This document shows positions 34,832 to 43,985 of a DNA stretch of 64,000 nt, in pieces (position 1 is the stretch's first letter; the number at the start of each line of letters is the position of its first letter). Source of the stretch: Polyangiaceae bacterium (GTDB lineage Bacteria > Myxococcota_A > Polyangia > Polyangiales > Polyangiaceae); contig JBGANF010000002.1 in the NCBI GenBank assembly GCA_044222475.1, positions 32,001-96,000 of the forward strand, in the 5' to 3' direction. A model generated the notes under the pieces. The model saw only the letters and a list, made by a program, of their open reading frames with translations, searched no databases and was not told where the DNA came from. A program made the position numbers and the translations under genes.

Positions 34832-36079
34832 GTGTTCTGTCCCAACTGCGGCACGCAAAACCCGGACGCGGCCATCACGTGCACCAAGTGCAACTTCAAC
34901 TTGAAGGGCGCCGCTGCGCCGAAGTTCAAGGGCACCATGCTGATGATGAACCAACAGGCTGCGCCCGGCGCGCCTCCTGCTGGCCCCGGCGCTCCTCCGC
35001 CTCCTGCTCCGCCCGGCGCAGCGCCTGGTGCGCCAGCAGGTCCCGTCTCCGGTCCGCCGCGCCCCGCCGGTCCGCCGAGCAAGCTCAAGGGCACGATGGT
35101 CGGCGTCGCACCGCCGAGCATGGGCTCGGCACCGAAGCCGCCGGAAGCTCCGCCCGCTGCTGCGCCTCCGCCCGCCGCTCCGCCCGGCACTCAAATGATG
35201 GGCGCGTTTCCGCCGCCCGCTGCGGCGCCGCCCGCGGCTGCGCCGCCGCCCGCTGCGGCGCCTCCGCAGCAAGCGTTCGGACAGCAAGGCGTCAACCCGC
35301 TCGGCGGCACGATGGTCGCGGGCGACAACAACCTCGCCGCCTACGGGATCGGACCCGCCGCCGGTGCACCTCCGCCGGCAGCCGCTCCTGCGCCGGGCGG
35401 CTTCGGCGAGCAGCCTCCGCCTGGCGGCGGCTTCGGTGGTCCGCCTCCGGGCGCTCCTCCGCCCGGCGCGCCTGGCTTCGGTGATCCGAACGCGGGCGCG
35501 CCTGCGCCTGGTGGCTTCGGTGGCCCGCCTCCCGGCGGTCCGCCGCCCGGTGGATTCGATCCGAACGCGCCGCCTCCGGGTGGTGGCTTCGGCGCTGCGC
35601 CCGGCGGTCCGCCGCCTGGCGGATACGGTGGTCCGCCTCCCGGCGCGCCTCCTGGTGGATTCGGTGGTGCGCCGCCTCCCGGCGCGCCTCCTGGTGGATT
35701 CGGTGGTCCGCCTCCCGGAGGTCCGCCTCCCGGCGGCTTCGATCCGAACGCGCCGCCGCCCGGTGGGTATCCCGGTGGTCCGCCCGGTGGTCCGCCGCCC
35801 GGTGGTCCGATGCAGCCGTACCAAGGTGGGATGCAGCCGATGGGGCAACCTGGCGCGATGGCCGCTCCGGGCGACGGCAAGCCGTGGATGATGACGCTGC
35901 TGCTCTGCCTGTTCGCGGGCAGCTTCGGCGTGCACAGCTTCTACGTCGGCAAGATCGGCATCGGCATCGCGCAGCTGCTCACGTTCGGCGGCTGCGGCAT
36001 CTGGACGCTGATCGACCTCATCATGATCATCACGGGCAAGTACACCGACGGCCAAGGCCGTCCGCTCGTGAAGACCTGA
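34832..36079 (+). CDS. Zinc-ribbon / Pro-Gly-rich / TM2-domain membrane protein
   Basis: CPNCG...CTKC; long GGFGGPPPG low-complexity repeats; C-terminal TM2 motif [27 protein letters not shown]. Confidence 0.88.
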   Translation: MFCPNCGTQNPDAAITCTKCNFNLKGAAAPKFKGTMLMMNQQAAPGAPPAGPGAPPPPAPPGAAPGAPAGPVSGPPRPAGPPSKLKGTMVGVAPPSMGSAPKPPEAPPAAAPPPAAPPGTQMMGAFPPPAAAPPAAAPPPAAAPPQQAFGQQGVNPLGGTMVAGDNNLAAYGIGPAAGAPPPAAAPAPGGFGEQPPPGGGFGGPPPGAPPPGAPGFGDPNAGAPAPGGFGGPPPGGPPPGGFDPNAPPPGGGFGAAPGGPPPGGYGGPPPGAPPGGFGGAPPPGAPPGGFGGPPPGGPPPGGFDPNAPPPGGYPGGPPGGPPPGGPMQPYQGGMQPMGQPGAMAAPGDGKPWMMTLLLCLFAGSFGVHSFYVGKIGIGIAQLLTFGGCGIWTLIDLIMIITGKYTDGQGRPLVKT

Positions 36080-36113
36080 GAAAAAAGACGAATTCGAAGT
36101 TCGTCTTTTTCTC
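36078..36113. terminator. Bidirectional intrinsic terminator
   Basis: gagaaaaaagacgaattcgaagttcgtctttttctc: a stem flanked by A and T tracts, between convergent genes. Confidence 0.8.
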
Positions 36114-36114
36114 A

Positions 36115-36507
36115 CTAGAGCGGGACCTTTCCTCCGAAGGCTCCGCAAAAGCGCGCGATCCACACGGCGAAGAGGAGCACGCACAGCACGAACCCGCTCA
36201 CCCGCGCCGCGCGGTGGCGGAGGAACGTCCCGATCTCGCCGCGCGCGACCCACGCGCGCGTCTCGGTGATCGCGAGCAACGCGACGTACGGCACCACGAA
36301 GAAGACGAGCGGGTGCGCCGCCCACGCCGCCGCGAAGTGAAGGTGAAGGAGCTCGCGCACCGCGCGCGTGATCCCGCACGTGGGGCAGGGCTCGTGGGTG
36401 ACGATGCCGATCGGACAGCGGTAGATGGGGAAGGCGACGATCGTCGCGAGCGCCGCGCCCGCTGCGAGCGGGACGAGCGCGCGGGCGAGCCAGCCCTCCT
36501 TCATCAC
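36115..36507 (-). CDS. DUF2752-like membrane protein
   Basis: CP....T..PCPTCGITRA...LLH..F.AAW..HPL motif. Confidence 0.85.
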   Translation of the reverse strand: MMKEGWLARALVPLAAGAALATIVAFPIYRCPIGIVTHEPCPTCGITRAVRELLHLHFAAAWAAHPLVFFVVPYVALLAITETRAWVARGEIGTFLRHRAARVSGFVLCVLLFAVWIARFCGAFGGKVPL

Positions 36508-37610
36508 ACGTTGAACTTGAAGTGCACGACGTCACCGTCGCGCATCACGTACTCCTTGCCTTCCATGCTCATCTTGCCGGCGTCGCGGCACTTCGCTTCG
36601 CCGCCGAGCTTCACGAAGTCCTCCCACCAGATGACCTCGGCCTTGATGAAGCCGCGCTCGAAGTCGGTGTGGATGACGCCGGCCGCCTGCGGGGCGCGCG
36701 CGCCGCGGAACGTGGTCCACGCGCGCACCTCGACCTTGCCGGCGGTGAAGAAGGTGAGGAGATCGAGAATCTTGTATCCTGCACGGATCACGCCGTAGAG
36801 CCCTGGCTCCTTGAGACCGGCGGCCTCGAGGAAATCCGGGCGGTCCTTGGGATCGAGCTGGGCGATCTGCTCTTCGAGCGCGGCGCACACGGGCACCACC
36901 GGAGCGCCTTCGGCGTCGGCGTGCTTCTTGAGCGCCATGTAGTGCTTGTTCGCTTCGAGGTTCGAGAGCGACGCCTCGTCGACGTTGGCGACGTAGAACG
37001 CCGGCTTGCCGGTGAGGAGGAACATCTCCTTGAAGATCGCCTGCGCCTCGGTGCTGTCGGGCAGCTTGAAGAGGCGCGCTGGTTTGCCCTCGTCGAGGTG
37101 CTTCGCGAGCGGCTCGCACATCTCCATCGCGAGCTTCTCGATCGGCGAGTTCGCTTTGATCATCTTGCGCGCGCGCTCGAGGCGCTTCTGCACCGTCTCG
37201 AGATCCTTGAGGCAGAGCTCGGTGGTGACCGTCGCGATGTCGCCGACGGGATCGACTCGGTTCTCGACGTGGATGACGTTCGGATCCTCGAAGCAGCGCG
37301 CGACCTGGACGATCGCGCTGACCTCGCGGATGTGCGAGAGGAACTGGTTGCCGAGTCCTTCGCCCTTGCTCGCGCCGCGCACGAGGCCGGCGATGTCGAC
37401 GAACTCGATCGCGGTGGGGACGATCTTCTCGGCGTGGACCACCGTGTCGAGCGCGGCCAGGCGATCGTCGGGGACCATGACGACGCCGACGTTCGGCTCG
37501 ATGGTGCAGAACGGGTAGTTCGCCGCTTCGGCCTTGGCCGACGAGAGCGAGTTGAAGAGCGTGGATTTGCCGACGTTCGGCAGCCCGACGATACCGACGG
37601 AGAGGGCCAT
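36504..37610 (-). CDS. ychF: Redox-regulated ATPase YchF
   Basis: GIVGLPNVGKSTLFN, NYPFCTIEPN, DIAGLV.GASKGEGLGNQFL, IHTDFERGFIKAE. Confidence 0.97.
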   Translation of the reverse strand: MALSVGIVGLPNVGKSTLFNSLSSAKAEAANYPFCTIEPNVGVVMVPDDRLAALDTVVHAEKIVPTAIEFVDIAGLVRGASKGEGLGNQFLSHIREVSAIVQVARCFEDPNVIHVENRVDPVGDIATVTTELCLKDLETVQKRLERARKMIKANSPIEKLAMEMCEPLAKHLDEGKPARLFKLPDSTEAQAIFKEMFLLTGKPAFYVANVDEASLSNLEANKHYMALKKHADAEGAPVVPVCAALEEQIAQLDPKDRPDFLEAAGLKEPGLYGVIRAGYKILDLLTFFTAGKVEVRAWTTFRGARAPQAAGVIHTDFERGFIKAEVIWWEDFVKLGGEAKCRDAGKMSMEGKEYVMRDGDVVHFKFNV

Positions 37611-37674
37611 TTCGGGGCGGTGTGTAGCACGCTTTTTCGCGGTGCGTAGCGAAGCAGGCTACGATCCAACCATC

Positions 37675-38877
37675 GTGGAACGCGCCCTCGCCGACCGGAC
37701 CGTCGTCCTCGCCGTCACCGGCAGCATCGCGGCGTACAAGGCGGCGCTCGTCGCGCGCCTCCTGGTGAAGGCGGGGGCGAAGGTGCTCCCGGTCATGACC
37801 GCGTCGGCCCGCGAGTTCCTCGGGCCGGCGACCCTGTCGGGCATCACCGGTCACCCCGTGCGCACGGACATGTGGGACCCGTCGTTCCCGGGCGAGATGC
37901 ACGTCGCGCTCGCGGCCGAGGCCGACGCGATCCTCGTCGTCCCGGCGACCGCCGATTTCCTCGCGCGCATGGTGCACGGGCGCGCGAACGACCTCGTGGC
38001 CGCGCTCGTGCTCGTGGCGAAGAGCCCGGTGCTCGTCGCGCCGGCGATGCACCCGCGCATGTGGCTCCACCCGGCGACCCAGCGCAACGTCGCGACGCTC
38101 CGCGCGGACGGCGGGGTGACGGTGCTCGGTCCCGACTCGGGCGAGGTGGCCTCGGGTGACGAGGGGCCGGGACGCATGGTCGCGCCCGAGGTCGTCTACG
38201 ACGCCACCGTGTCCGCGTTGACGCCAAAGGATCTCGTCGGGCGCCGCATCGTCGTCACCGCCGGACCCACCGTCGAGGATCTCGATCCGGTGCGCTTCCT
38301 CGGCAACCGCTCGACCGGCCGCATGGGCTTCGCGATCGCGGCGCGCGCCGCCGCCCGCGGCGCGGAGACGACCGTCGTCGCCGGTCCGGTCACCGTGCCG
38401 ACGCCGTGGGGCGTGCGCCGCGTGGACGTGCGGGGCGCGCTCGACATGCAGCGCGCCCTCGACGAGGTGATCGCGAGCGGCGTCGACGCCGTCGTGATGA
38501 CGGCGGCCGTCGCCGACTACCGCCCGGCGACCACGAGCGCGATCAAGATCAAGAAGCAGGGCGACGCGGAGAGCCTCGCGCTCGCGAAGAACCCGGATCT
38601 GATCGCCGAGATCGGGAAGAAGCGCAGCGGGAGCACGCCGGTCCTCGTCGCGTTCGCGCTCGAAACCGGCGACCACGCCCACGTCGTCTCCGAGGCGCGA
38701 CGGAAGCTCGCGGCCAAGAAGGTGGACTTCGTCGTCGCCAACGAGGCGGGGACGGCGTTCGGCGGCGACGAGAACGAGATTACCTTCGTCATCGGCGAGC
38801 GCGAAGAGCGGCTACCGCGCGGCTCGAAGACCGAGCTGGCCGATGCGATCCTCGATCGAGTGGGGCTGCTTCTCTAG
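37675..38877 (+). CDS. coaBC: Bifunctional phosphopantothenoylcysteine decarboxylase/ligase
   Basis: TGSIAAYK, PATAD, PAMH, TAGPT.E.LDPVRFLGNRSTGRMG, AAVADY, FALET. GTG at 37675. Confidence 0.95.
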   Translation: MERALADRTVVLAVTGSIAAYKAALVARLLVKAGAKVLPVMTASAREFLGPATLSGITGHPVRTDMWDPSFPGEMHVALAAEADAILVVPATADFLARMVHGRANDLVAALVLVAKSPVLVAPAMHPRMWLHPATQRNVATLRADGGVTVLGPDSGEVASGDEGPGRMVAPEVVYDATVSALTPKDLVGRRIVVTAGPTVEDLDPVRFLGNRSTGRMGFAIAARAAARGAETTVVAGPVTVPTPWGVRRVDVRGALDMQRALDEVIASGVDAVVMTAAVADYRPATTSAIKIKKQGDAESLALAKNPDLIAEIGKKRSGSTPVLVAFALETGDHAHVVSEARRKLAAKKVDFVVANEAGTAFGGDENEITFVIGEREERLPRGSKTELADAILDRVGLLL

Positions 38878-38906
38878 AGCGTCGGTCCAGTCGTACCCAA
38901 TTGGGA

Positions 38907-40571
38907 CTACTTGGGCTGCGGCGGCACGTACGTGTCGGTCAGCGTCGCGAGGTTCTCTCCCGCGGGGTACCCGTACGAGACGTAGCCGGTGTTCTTCTTG
39001 GTCTCCGGCGTGCCCCAGCCCCACACGGTGAGCCCGAACGGCGCGGCCGACTTCATCTCGTGCACGCCGTTGTCGCAGCTTCCCTGAGCCTGGAAATCGT
39101 GCCGCGAGAGATCGACGTGGGCGACCTCCCACGCGCTCCCGAGGGGCTTCCACGCGTCGATCGTGCCGTAGCAGTCGAGGCTGACGGGCGGTCCACCAAC
39201 TTTGCGCGTCACGACGAGATCGGTCTCGGGGTAGGTCGGATCGGTGAAGAACACGTACCGATCGAGGAACTGCGCCGTCGGCACGGCGCGCACGAAGTCC
39301 GCGTCGCCGTAGCCGCCGTTGTCGACCATGTCGGCGCCGGTCATGTAGCCGACGAGGAGGAACGGGTGATCCTTGTCCTGGCTCTTCACCCGGAACGCGC
39401 CGTTGCGGGTGAACTCCGCGACCTGACCGGCCGCGAGCGTGCTCGGCCCCTCGCCCGGCGGATCGTAGGAGAGCTTGGTTCCGTCGACGACGCCGACGAT
39501 GCGCCACGGGACGTCCTCGATCTTGCTCGTGCGCTGGCGGTACGGCGCGCCGAGGTACTCGCTGCCCATCGCGCGGATGTGCGGGATCTGCTGCTCGCCG
39601 TGGTCGCAGTAGCCGATGTTCCTCGGCACGTTCATGCACGGCATGCCGGCGAAGAGCGAGATCGGTTTGTTCGACTCGATGGGGCTCCCGGTGAGCTCCA
39701 GCGTCTGGGTGATCTGCAGCGTCTGACCGCGATCGAGATCGTAGGTCCGCGGGACGTTGGCCTTGCCGCCTTGGAGCGCCGCGCTCGAGAGGATGTCGAC
39801 CTTCGGCAGGATCGTGACCTTCGTGCCGTCTTCCTGCGCGACGATGTCGAGCGAGGTCTTGCCGTTGCCTTGGAGGTCGCCGGCGCCGTACGCATCGACC
39901 GCGACCAGGTTCGTCCCCCACGCGCTCGTCGGGATGAGGAGCGTCGCTCCCGTGACGGCGGCGGACCCGCCGCCGTAGGGGAGCATCTGGTACGCGACGA
40001 CCGGGTGATCGGTGCGGATGCGGAACGCGCGACCGAAGCCGCTTCCGATGATCTGGGTGAGCGCCGAGAGGGCCGGCTTCACCGGGCACTTCACCGGCTC
40101 CTTGAACCCGGTGTTGGCGTTGCCGATCGACGGCGTGTCGCCCGGCTCGGGCGGGCCGGCGAGGAACACGATCGCGACCTGCCCCGGTGGAACGCCGGCG
40201 CTGGGATCGTAGTCGCCGTAGGTCAGGCTCGTGCCGCTCCCGGAAGGCAGCTTCACGTGCGCCGCGAGGTCGATCGGCGCACCCCCGAAGGACGCCTCGA
40301 TGCGCGTCGACTGGCTCGACGTGTTGGCGACGAACGCGACGAAGCACCCGTTCTGGGCGCCGTTCGAGCCGTCCATGTGGACCGCGTAGTAGTCGCACGC
40401 GACCGAGGACTTCTTGTCCGCGGCCTCGCGGCACGACGGCGTGTCGAAGCCGTCCAACGCCGGGACGCCGCCGTCGCCGCCGAGTGGGTCGATCGCTCCG
40501 TCGTCGTGACCACGAGCGCAGGCGAGGGCGAGTGCGACGAAGGTACCGAGGAGGAAGATTCGTTTCGTCAT
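38907..40571 (-). CDS. IgGFc-binding-domain-like lipoprotein
   Basis: Lipobox LAC; SSVACDYY, ATLLIPTSAWG, LTGSPIESNKPI, CDHGEQQI, VSYGYPAG. Confidence 0.8.
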   Translation of the reverse strand: MTKRIFLLGTFVALALACARGHDDGAIDPLGGDGGVPALDGFDTPSCREAADKKSSVACDYYAVHMDGSNGAQNGCFVAFVANTSSQSTRIEASFGGAPIDLAAHVKLPSGSGTSLTYGDYDPSAGVPPGQVAIVFLAGPPEPGDTPSIGNANTGFKEPVKCPVKPALSALTQIIGSGFGRAFRIRTDHPVVAYQMLPYGGGSAAVTGATLLIPTSAWGTNLVAVDAYGAGDLQGNGKTSLDIVAQEDGTKVTILPKVDILSSAALQGGKANVPRTYDLDRGQTLQITQTLELTGSPIESNKPISLFAGMPCMNVPRNIGYCDHGEQQIPHIRAMGSEYLGAPYRQRTSKIEDVPWRIVGVVDGTKLSYDPPGEGPSTLAAGQVAEFTRNGAFRVKSQDKDHPFLLVGYMTGADMVDNGGYGDADFVRAVPTAQFLDRYVFFTDPTYPETDLVVTRKVGGPPVSLDCYGTIDAWKPLGSAWEVAHVDLSRHDFQAQGSCDNGVHEMKSAAPFGLTVWGWGTPETKKNTGYVSYGYPAGENLATLTDTYVPPQPK

Positions 40572-40607
40572 GCGCGAGAGGGTGCCGTCGCGCGCTCGCA
40601 CTCGCAC

Positions 40608-40684
40608 CTAAAACGACCTGAAATGGGGCGCGCGGAAACGGCGCCGCGCTCGGCGTCCGCGCGCGCGGTTTCAGGGGCTTTTAG
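40608..40684. repeat. 77-bp spaced imperfect palindrome in a divergent promoter region
   Basis: ctaaaa-N3-cctgaaat-N3-gcgcgcgga...tccgcgcgc-N3-gtttcagg-N3-ttttag, with exactly symmetric spacing. Confidence 0.75.
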
Positions 40685-40734
40685 TTGGCGCAGGCCGGCG
40701 CGTCGCGCACCGTGGGGCGAAGAGGTGAGCGCAC

Positions 40735-41556
40735 ATGAAGATCTCCTTGGTTCGCTTTTGGGCAATCTCGTTCGCGAGCAGCACGCTCGTCGCGTGCGCG
40801 ATCGGCAGCAGCGAGCTCCCGGTCGACTCCGCGTACACTCCGCTCTCGTTCTGCGAGGCGCGGGCGGCGGCGGAGTGCGCTCCCGAGGTGGTCAAGCACT
40901 GCGGCGTCGGCAAGCGGGAGGACTGCCTGCGTGCGCGGACCGAAGACTGCGTCGGGCGTGCTCCGCAGGCGGCGCGGGTGCGCGGGACGATCGCGAAGTC
41001 GTGCGTGACGCGGACGAGCGCGGCGTACGTGGACGCGAAGCTCACCACCGACGAGCTGCGCGCGGTCGCCGAGGAGTGCGACTCCGCGTGGTCGGGGACC
41101 GGCGAGGTGAAGGCGGCGTGCGCGGTCGACTCCGACTGCGACACCGACGCCGGCCTGCGATGCATCACTCCGCTCGGTCGGCCGGACGAGGTCAAAGGCA
41201 CGTGTCTCCGACCGCACCGCGTGCTCGCAGGCGACTCGTGCAGCGGCCCGGCCGACGTGTGCGATCCGGACAGCTACTGCGACTCGCAGTCGTCGACGTG
41301 CGTCGTCCGACGCATCGAAGGGCAGGGGTGCCACGAGTGGCTCGCGCCGTGCGTCGCCGGTCTGACGTGCCCGGGATCGACGATGCCCTTCTCGAGCGCG
41401 AAGTGCACTCCGCGGCGCGCGGCCGGCACGGCGTGCTCGAAGGACTCGGAGTGCGCCGACGACATCTGCCTCCGCGTCGCGAAGACCACCGACGGGACGT
41501 GCGTCGCCGAGGTCACGCTGTCGCCGATCGACTCGATCTGCGCGACGTTCAAGTAG
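40735..41556 (+). CDS. Cys-rich lipoprotein
   Basis: Lipobox LVAC; many Cys in repeated CxxDxDC / G..C modules. Confidence 0.75.
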   Translation: MKISLVRFWAISFASSTLVACAIGSSELPVDSAYTPLSFCEARAAAECAPEVVKHCGVGKREDCLRARTEDCVGRAPQAARVRGTIAKSCVTRTSAAYVDAKLTTDELRAVAEECDSAWSGTGEVKAACAVDSDCDTDAGLRCITPLGRPDEVKGTCLRPHRVLAGDSCSGPADVCDPDSYCDSQSSTCVVRRIEGQGCHEWLAPCVAGLTCPGSTMPFSSAKCTPRRAAGTACSKDSECADDICLRVAKTTDGTCVAEVTLSPIDSICATFK

Positions 41557-41642
41557 GACGCCATTTGCATTGCCCTCGCCGGGCCGCCCGTGTACACCCG
41601 CGCCGTGCTCGCTTCACGGCGCGGTTGCGTCGCGGCGCGCAC

Positions 41643-41831
41643 CCTCGTGGAGTCGCCGAAGAGATCCTCTCTCCGGCATGGGAAGCTGGTGAAAATCCAG
41701 CGCGGCTCCCGCCACGGTGATCGGGAACGAACCGGCGCAGAATGCGCCGGGGAGGAAACTGCAGCACACCCGAAAGTCCGGAGACCGGACTCGCGAGGAG
41801 ACCTCTACGAGTCGCGCGGGAGTTGCGCGGC
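41643..41831 (+). ncRNA. Cobalamin (B12) riboswitch
   Basis: GGGAA-GCTGGTGAAAATCCAGC-GCGGCTCCCGCCACGGTGA...AGTCCGGAGACCGG (B12 box); closing stem 41643-54/41788-98; P13-like hairpin 41811-31 whose GGGAG complements CTCCC at 41706-10. Confidence 0.85.
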
Positions 41832-41842
41832 GAAAGGCATCC

Positions 41843-43129
41843 ATGAACGCGAATCCTCTTCGCGCGTTCGGCGCGCTCGCGCTGATCGGCGCACTCCTCC
41901 CGGCCTGCACCGGAGACGACATCACCTACGGTCCGCCGGACGCGGCGCCGAAGAGCGACGGCGGCGTCGACGCGACGCTGTCGGACGCGGGGTTCGTCGA
42001 CGCGGCCGTTCCCAAGACGCGGCTCCTCGCGATCGCGGTTGGCACGAAGGGCGAGCTCGTCGCCGTCGATCCGAGCGGCGCCCAGGTCGATGGTCGGCTC
42101 GTCTTCGACGGCGACGGCGTCACGAGCGCCGGCTATTTGTTGCAGACTGCAAAGGATCGGGTGAATCTCCTCGACCCCTTCGAGCCGTGGAAGATCCGCT
42201 CGAGCTGGACGGTCGCCGGCGACGACGCGTTCGACGGAGGAGAGGCGTACGCCGATCCGATCCAGGTCGTCCCTGTCGCGTCGAACAAGGCGTACGTCGT
42301 CCGGTACAACCGAAACAAGATCGCGGTCATCGATCCGACTCAGACCGCGGATGCCGGGGCGGCGACCAAGTACGTCGACCTCTCGTCGCTGCAACAAGCC
42401 GACGACACCGACGGTCACGTCGACATGAGCGGCGCGGTCTACGATCCGGTGCGCAAGCGCCTCTACGTGGCGCTCGCGAACGTCGATCTCAAGCGCTTCC
42501 TCGGCTTCGATCTCGAGTGCCCCCAGACGACGAGCACGCTCGTCGCCATCGACACGACGACCGACGCGATCGTGAGCCTCGGAGGCGGCGGCCCCGGCGG
42601 CAGCGTGAACCTGAAGGGCCGGAGCGTTCAGTTCGGCAACGTCGGCGGAGTCGTGTTCGACGCCGTGAAGGACCGTGTGTTCGTCGTGACCACCGGGTGC
42701 GCGGTCAAGGGCGACGGCGGGAACGTCCTCGTCGGGCGCGGGATCGAGGCCGTCGACCTGAAGACGAACGTGTCGACGGTGCTCCTCGACGGGAGCTCGC
42801 TCGATTTCCCCGGTGCGTTCGCCTACGAGGGCGAGCACGCCGCCTACGTCGCGTTCGGCTTCGGCGCGTTCGGAACGACGTACCGGTGGGACCCGGCCGT
42901 CCCGACCCTCGGCGCGCCGTTCGCGAAGGCGCCCGACACGTTCGCTCTCGACCGGAAGGGGAAGCAGCTCCTCGGACCTCAGTCCACGCTCTCGGCCGAC
43001 GGGGGGCCGGGACCGATCGTGATCCTCGCCGCGCCGACGGCCGACGGAGACGCCGGGGCCAAGGCGCTGGTCACGAGCCCGTTCAACGACCCGGGTTTCT
43101 ACCTCGGAAACGCGAGCATCGTCCCGTAG
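41843..43129 (+). CDS. Riboswitch-controlled beta-propeller lipoprotein, candidate B12-capture protein
   Basis: RBS AAAGG and ATG 41843; lipobox LPAC; YncE/BtuG-like blades (NKAYVVRY..NKIAVIDP, RLYVAL, LVAIDTTTD). Confidence 0.7.
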   Translation: MNANPLRAFGALALIGALLPACTGDDITYGPPDAAPKSDGGVDATLSDAGFVDAAVPKTRLLAIAVGTKGELVAVDPSGAQVDGRLVFDGDGVTSAGYLLQTAKDRVNLLDPFEPWKIRSSWTVAGDDAFDGGEAYADPIQVVPVASNKAYVVRYNRNKIAVIDPTQTADAGAATKYVDLSSLQQADDTDGHVDMSGAVYDPVRKRLYVALANVDLKRFLGFDLECPQTTSTLVAIDTTTDAIVSLGGGGPGGSVNLKGRSVQFGNVGGVVFDAVKDRVFVVTTGCAVKGDGGNVLVGRGIEAVDLKTNVSTVLLDGSSLDFPGAFAYEGEHAAYVAFGFGAFGTTYRWDPAVPTLGAPFAKAPDTFALDRKGKQLLGPQSTLSADGGPGPIVILAAPTADGDAGAKALVTSPFNDPGFYLGNASIVP

Positions 43130-43256
43130 CTGGCGATTTCGTGATCGTACGAGGCTCGGCCTGCCATTCAGGACGAAGGAGTCTGTCGACATGGCCAAGC
43201 TCTCACGTCCTCCCGAAACGCGTTCGCCGTCCCTCGAGTCCTGGTATCCTGGCGGA

Positions 43257-43973
43257 ATGAGAAAGCTCATCCTTCTTTCAGTCGTCATGGGCGCGGGGGC
43301 GGTCGTTGCGTGTACGGGCGATCCCGTGACCGTGCAGCCGCCGGTAGATGCATCCACGAACGACGGCAACGTCATCAAAGACGGCTCGTCGAACGACGGC
43401 ACCGTCACCGACGACGCTGGTGACGACGGCGGTCTCGTCGAGCTCGACGGTGGCACCGTCGACGACGCTGGCGGAAACCCGGATCCGGACGGCGGCGTCT
43501 CGATCGACGCCGGTGCCGACGCCGGCGTGTGCGGGCCCCCGTCCGGCAACGGGCCGACGTTCAGCTCGACATGCTCCTCCAACCTCATCATCTACACCGG
43601 CGGTACGCTCGCGGTGGGAACCTACGATCTCACCGGCTTCACCGTCGTCGGTAGCACGTCGTACTGCGGGACGTACGTTCCGGGCACCTACTCGGGCAAG
43701 CTCGTCGTCACCTCACTCGGCAACGGCAGCTACCGCTTCGACGAGCGTGCGGTCCGGTCGAACGTCATCTCTCTCCCGCAGAACCGCAGCTACACCGTCA
43801 CGGCGGCCGGCAGCACGCTGACGGCGACCCAGACGTGTGGCTACGCCATCAACGACACCTCCTGGGGCTACAGCTCGGGCAAGGTCAACACCGACGCTGG
43901 CGTCAAGGTGGGCCTCACGTACGCCCATGCTCTCGGCACCGCTTCGATCCGCTATCGCTGGACCCACCAGTAG
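43257..43973 (+). CDS. Hypothetical lipoprotein with a DAG/DGG low-complexity linker
   Basis: MRKLILLSVVMGAGAVVAC lipobox; acidic linker, then a beta-rich domain. Confidence 0.75.
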   Translation: MRKLILLSVVMGAGAVVACTGDPVTVQPPVDASTNDGNVIKDGSSNDGTVTDDAGDDGGLVELDGGTVDDAGGNPDPDGGVSIDAGADAGVCGPPSGNGPTFSSTCSSNLIIYTGGTLAVGTYDLTGFTVVGSTSYCGTYVPGTYSGKLVVTSLGNGSYRFDERAVRSNVISLPQNRSYTVTAAGSTLTATQTCGYAINDTSWGYSSGKVNTDAGVKVGLTYAHALGTASIRYRWTHQ

Positions 43974-43985
43974 CCGTCACGCTCG

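Noticed and set aside
35390..35810. Tandem DNA repeats
   Set aside because: They simply encode the GGFGGPPPG low-complexity protein linker and vary at synonymous positions.
40608..40684. Integron attC site
   Set aside because: No exact RYYYAAC/GTTRRRY boxes or extrahelical bases; the flanking genes are divergent rather than a cassette array; no integrase.
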